A stretch of 64,000 bases of DNA from Balanoglossus misakiensis (Eukaryota > Animalia > Hemichordata): contig CM082598.2 in NCBI GenBank assembly GCA_040954595.2, forward strand, positions 806,001-870,000, written 5' to 3'. Below are positions 59,101-64,000 of the stretch, in pieces. The notes below the pieces were generated by a model. It ran no database searches and was not told where the DNA came from. It saw nothing but the letters and a program-made list of their open reading frames with translations. Each line of letters opens with the position of its first letter. The stretch's first letter is position 1. The translations under genes were made by a program, and so were the position numbers.

Positions 59101-62100
59101 GTCATGTTTGTCTGTCTGTCTGCCTCTCTTGTTTGTCTGTTGATTGTCTATCATGTTTGTTTATTTATTTATAAACTGCTGTTCTTTTAGGATTCACAGA
59201 GCAGCCTTGTGGATTCTTGGGGAGTACTGCACAACGACTGAAGACATACAGAGTGTAATCAACGAGCTGAGAATGGCTCTGGGTGATCTGCCTATTGTTG
59301 ATGTGGAGTTGAAGAAGGCAGCTGGCGAGACAGAGGATGGTGAGTTTGGGGGTGAAGGGTTGTGGGGAGGGTATGGCTGGGTTGGGAGGGGGAATGGTGA
59401 AGGGTTACGGTTGCGGGGAGGGTGAGTTTGGAGTGAGGGTGTGGATGGGTTTGGAAGGAGTTTGGGCTGAGGGTATGGCCAGGTTGGTTAGTGGGTGAGT
59501 TTGGAGTGAAAGGTTGTGGGGAAGGTTACATGTAAGTTTACGGTTGTTCACTAACAAAAATTCTTTTCCATTCTGTTGCAGATGAAAAAGCAGTGCCTAC
59601 TGGTCAGAAGTTAGTGACAGAAATGGGCACCTATGCCACTCAAAGTGCACTCATGTCCAGCACTTCCAAGAAATCGGAAGATGATAACAGGTGATTACTT
59701 GAACTTGAACTTTTAACCATTGGTTCCCAATGACCACATAATCTGTACGATGCCTCAGTTCTTGTTATTCTGTTTCTGTTCCCTCTACAAAACACTAAAT
59801 GTTATGTTCCTTCTGTTTTTTCAACTTGTTCACTTCAGGCCACCATTACGAGGATATCTGCTTGATGGCGATTTCTTTGTTGGAGCATCTTTGGCCACTA
59901 CATTGACAAAGTTAGCATTGAGATTCATCCATCTGACAAAGGATCCTAAAAAACAAAATGTAAGTTCTTCATGATGTCTCTTTGGCTAATGTTGTTTGGC
60001 AGTGAATCAGTAGGATATGAGAATGTTAATGTTCTGGTTGAAATAAATGTATTACTTATTTGTTTCTGTAATTGTTACTGCCACATAATTTCACATGATA
60101 ACATTTCTCTCACATTTGATTTATTTCCAGTCGTTTGTTGCCGAAGCAATGTTTATCATGGCATCTGTCTTGCATCTTGGCAAATCTGGTCTTGCCAAAA
60201 AGGTGGGTAACTATTTTGTGTTGATTTCATGCACAGCTGTTGATGGGAATTTTTAGTTGTGAAAATTCACTGTATTAAATGTTCATTGTACATGGATATA
60301 ACTGAAATGTTATAATGCAAATATTTTTTCTCCTTAGAACATCAACGATGATGATCTGGATTGTATTGCGATGTGTTTGAAAGTTCTTTCTGAAAGGTCT
60401 CCTCTGATTGTGAAAATATTCAACGAAGGCTGCCGTGCATCGCTTCAAACAATGTTACAAGCAAAACAACTGGAAGAGAAAGAAACACAGAAGGTAAGAT
60501 TACCGGGATATTCCGGAAATGTACCGGAATGCTCAGTAGGAAAATCCTGGAAAAATTCTAGTTTGAAATCAACCAGTTGTAAAGAAGTTGAATGCAAAAT
60601 CCCTTTTGACCATGATGTAGGAGGAAAATATTGTTTTCATTTGTGTGAAATGTTCATCTGATTGATTTTGTTCCTTACAGAGTTTTCTGAAGAAAGGTCT
60701 GACAATTCAAGCAGACGATCCAATTAACTTTGTGCAGTTGGTGAACAAAGCGGAGTTAGGAAACCAAGAGGTATGACACCCCTATTCTGTACAAAATGGA
60801 ACAGTCCAAATTACTCTTTGCTTCTTTGTTGAGAGGTTCAGTTACTGGAAAGAGAAATAATACCTTCTTTTCTGAAGTGAGTGACTTCTGTTTCAGATCA
60901 AACACTTCAACGTAACTGATGTTAGACTTCTCTTATTCCTTCAGAATGTTAACATCGAAATATTCTTCTCTCCTCCAGGATCAGTTAGCCTTGAGTTTAT
61001 CACTTGCCATGGGCCAGACACAGAAAAAGGAAAGCACAGATATTTCAGCATCTAAACTTAACAAGGTAAGTTCCCCTCTGCTTACAAAGTCAGTCATTTT
61101 CAAATTCTTGGCCAACGCAGATGAAGAAGGTTTTTCAGTTGTTTGTATTACTGGGCATCTCTCAGTAACTTAATTGACAGAAGCTGAGAAAGTAAGATCA
61201 CAAGAGGAAACCTTGTTTGCTCTGAGCTGAATCATCTCTTGATTATCTTGCAGGTGACACAGCTGACTGGGTTTTCTGATCCAGTTTATGCAGAAGCCTA
61301 CGTCCATGTGAATCAGTACGACATTGTTCTGGATGTTTTGATCGTCAACCAGACCAGTGATACTCTGCAAAACTGTACTTTAGAACTTGCTACATTAGGT
61401 AAGCTGTAGTCTGATTTATGTCTTCAGGTAAACAGCTGTATGCTGTTGCCCTCATTGCTAGTCAACATGTGCAACTAGCATACATCATTACTGATAAACA
61501 ATTGTCACATCCCATGTTTCTTTGTGCAGGTGATCTGAAACTGGTCGAGAAGCCACAGCCTGTTACCATGGCACCTCATGATTTCTGCAACATCAAAGCT
61601 AACGTCAAAGTAGCATCCACAGAAAATGGTATAATCTTTGGAAATATTGGTACGTATGTGATATTAATTTGTCAAGCCAATCAGAGCATTTGTTATAGAA
61701 GACACTATGTGGCCTTGAGAAAATAAATCAGCATAGATTTCAGCACACACATAGCACCCACCCACTCTCTCAGTCTCATGTATAGTGTCACGTTCTAATG
61801 TTGTACTGTTATGCCTCTCAACACAGTATATGACGTGTCAGGCGCAGCCAATGACAGGAATGTGGTGGTACTCAACGATATTCACATCGATGTTATGGAT
61901 TACATCGTACCAGCAAGCTGTACAGATGGTGAATTCAGACAGATGTGGGCAGAGTTTGAATGGGAGAACAAGGTACGCAATCCTTTTCACCACAATGGTT
62001 CAGTCCAAACCAATTGTGTTCTATGGTAAGGTTGGACCTCTCTAGAGGAAATGGGGTGGGGGGTGGGTGGGGTGAAAGGGTTCAAATCCCTATACAAATA

Positions 62101-62829
62101 GAAAAATTGTAAAAATAATTTAAGTGTTATTAAATTGTGTTGTCATTTTTTTCAGGTGACAGTGAATACAAACATAGCAGATTTGAATACATATCTGAAA
62201 CATTTAATAGATTCTACAAACATGAAATGCCTCACCCCTGAAAAGGTAAGTTAAAATAACTAAAAGCCGGTTTTAACTTGTCAGATTTTTGTGAGAATTC
62301 TAGAAGTTTGATTACATATACTGCCGTGGAAGTAACATGTAAACGTTTGTGTGATTGGTCTATTTTGAAATTGTAATTTCATTGGTTCACAAGCATGGAT
62401 ATAAGCCCCTGTCTGTGATTGGTTTATCAGTGACATGATTATAAAACTGTAATATGATTGGTTGATTGCAGGCTCTGAAAGGTCAGTGTGGATTCATGGC
62501 AGCCAATCTGTATGCCAAGTCTATCTTTGGAGAAGATGCACTGGCTAATCTGAGTATTGAAAAGCCATACAATTCACCACCTGAAGCTCCAGTTGTCGGA
62601 CATATAAGAATAAGAGCCAAATCACAAGTAAGTATAAACTTATCACTTCTAGAAGATAATAACATATGATGTTACACTTCAGACTACCATTTTTGACAAA
62701 TTATATTTCCTGAAATATAGAATTATTAACGTTGAATTTTTTTATTTCCAGGGTATGGCACTGAGTCTGGGCGACAAGATCAACATGTCACAGAAAGTCG
62801 ACAAATCCAAGCTGGTTACAGAAGAATAA
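56163..62829 (+). CDS. COPB1: Coatomer subunit beta (beta-COP), 958 aa, 24 coding exons
   Basis: Exons 56163-56253, 56431-56660, 56786-56955, 57071-57185, 57376-57468, 57577-57714, 57868-57987, 58124-58231, 58387-58464, 58667-58735, 58911-59056, 59191-59339, 59582-59690, 59839-59959, 60131-60202, 60338-60493, 60681-60770, 60979-61065, 61254-61398, 61530-61649, 61827-61972, 62156-62245, 62472-62627, 62752-62829 total 2877 nt in frame. Motifs [34 protein letters not shown] and [18 protein letters not shown]. Confidence 0.97.
58012..58054. repeat. (GA)n-rich microsatellite in COPB1 intron
   Basis: Directly visible. Confidence 0.85.
59340..59530 (+). repeat. G-rich degenerate tandem repeat at the start of a COPB1 intron
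   Basis: Three copies of GTGAGTTTGG...GGGT and many GGG runs. Confidence 0.75.
61981..62082 (+). mobile_element. piggyBac-type MITE copy 8 (forward) in COPB1 intron
   Basis: CCTTTTCACCACAATGGTTCAGTCCAAACC...GGTTGGACCTC...GGGGTGAAAGGGTT. Confidence 0.8.
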
Positions 62830-63918
62830 GAAAAACAATAACAGAAATGAAGGAATAGTCTGCAAGCTAGCAAGAAAATGTTTTGCCAAAAAATAGTTGG
62901 CTGTGAAAGTACCATTTCAAATCCTTGTAGTCACACTTCAACCTCCTTCATTGAATTTCGTGTGCTCCACACATAAACTCCAACCATCCATACCTTTCTT
63001 TTGCTACCTGTCACAAAACTTTCTGTGTTGTTGCTTACTGCTTTAGTTTTGGCATGTTGGTTCTTGAAATGAAAAATGGTCATAAATTAGGTATTTTGGG
63101 GTTACTTATATTGTCAATATGATTGTGGTGGAAGTATGGAAAACTTCACTCAGTTTCCTATCATTTATTGAGTTTTGCACAGAAGGATTGTACTAAGCAT
63201 CAATGACATTGTTGGGAAGTCTGTCTGGAACAAAGATTGAGATTAAGTTACTTCTAACCCATAGCAAATAAATTTGCAAATGATGGTAAAGATTTGCAGA
63301 CTTTGAATTTGTTTTATTCTATTTGTAAATCAGAAGATTGATTTGAATGTAAAGGCATGGACACCTGCCTTGATTGTGCAAGCATTACTTTGATTGGATG
63401 TTGCTCACTTGTGCTTTGTATAGAGTCATTTCACTTGAGAATATAATAAAACATGACCTAATACCATACCCCCCCCCCTTTTCTGTGTTTTATCCATGTG
63501 CATTGTGTGTTTGTGTGTGTGTGTTCATGTTTTTGTATCGCAGCTGTCATTACAGTGACAAAACCCGAGAAGTCGCTTATTCCAGTAAAGGATTCATTTG
63601 TTGAGCACTTTAGAGACAAGTTGGCTCAGAGACACAACTTTTACAAATTAAGTTGATTTATTTAAAAAAATGTACATAAAAACGAAAGTAAATCCTATAA
63701 TTATATGCACATAGCGCCCCCAACGACTACATCGAGACTATGTTGTGATCTACAAATCTCCAACCATGTGCGTGATAGATTCAGGATTTTGCATCTTTCT
63801 GGATTCTCAGCCACATATTTGACAGTTTTTTATTCAGCCGAACAAGGGATAGTGTCGCTGGGTCGCTCAAATCCGTTGTTAGCAGCTCAGAAGACGGAAT
63901 AGTCCTTGTGTGGTCAAA

Positions 63919-63943
63919 ATGGTGGACACGCCCCCGTCTGCAG
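63919..63943 (+). other. Possible first coding exon of the next gene (MVDTPPSA...)
   Basis: CpG-rich context; AAAATGG start context followed by a CAG|GTAAGA donor. The rest would lie outside the window. Confidence 0.3.
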
Positions 63944-64000
63944 GTAAGAATCTCCCGAATGTTGCAGTTTCATTGACACATGTTTCACGCGCACGAGATT

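Overview
AT-rich eukaryotic (metazoan) genomic DNA with short GT-AG introns. The gene content suggests an invertebrate deuterostome such as a hemichordate or echinoderm (inference). In order: the 3' part of a DUSP8/16-type MAP kinase phosphatase (+); an intronless 598-aa ORF of unknown function (+); a divergent PRD-class Q50 homeobox gene (-); an intronless 903-aa multipass membrane protein (-); an intronless secreted polyamine oxidase (+); LTO1/ORAOV1 (-), head-to-head with a CELF1/2 RNA-binding protein gene (+); a proline-rich-stalk F-type lectin with two microexons (-); and a complete 24-coding-exon COPB1 (+). The most interesting region is the CELF gene. Its RRM2-linker region has three pairs of apparently duplicated, frame-compatible exons, and one exon from each pair gives a normal-sized CELF1/2 protein of about 489 aa. 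Copies of an ~85-bp piggyBac-type MITE are interleaved with these exons in alternating orientation. Competing MITE-MITE pairing could loop out either exons Ya and Zb or exons Yb and Za, a candidate transposon-built splicing switch. The same region has a 13-bp stem around exon Xa, a conserved +/-4-aa acceptor choice, a UGCAUG cluster and UG-rich tracts. All exon models were read by eye and need RNA-seq confirmation.
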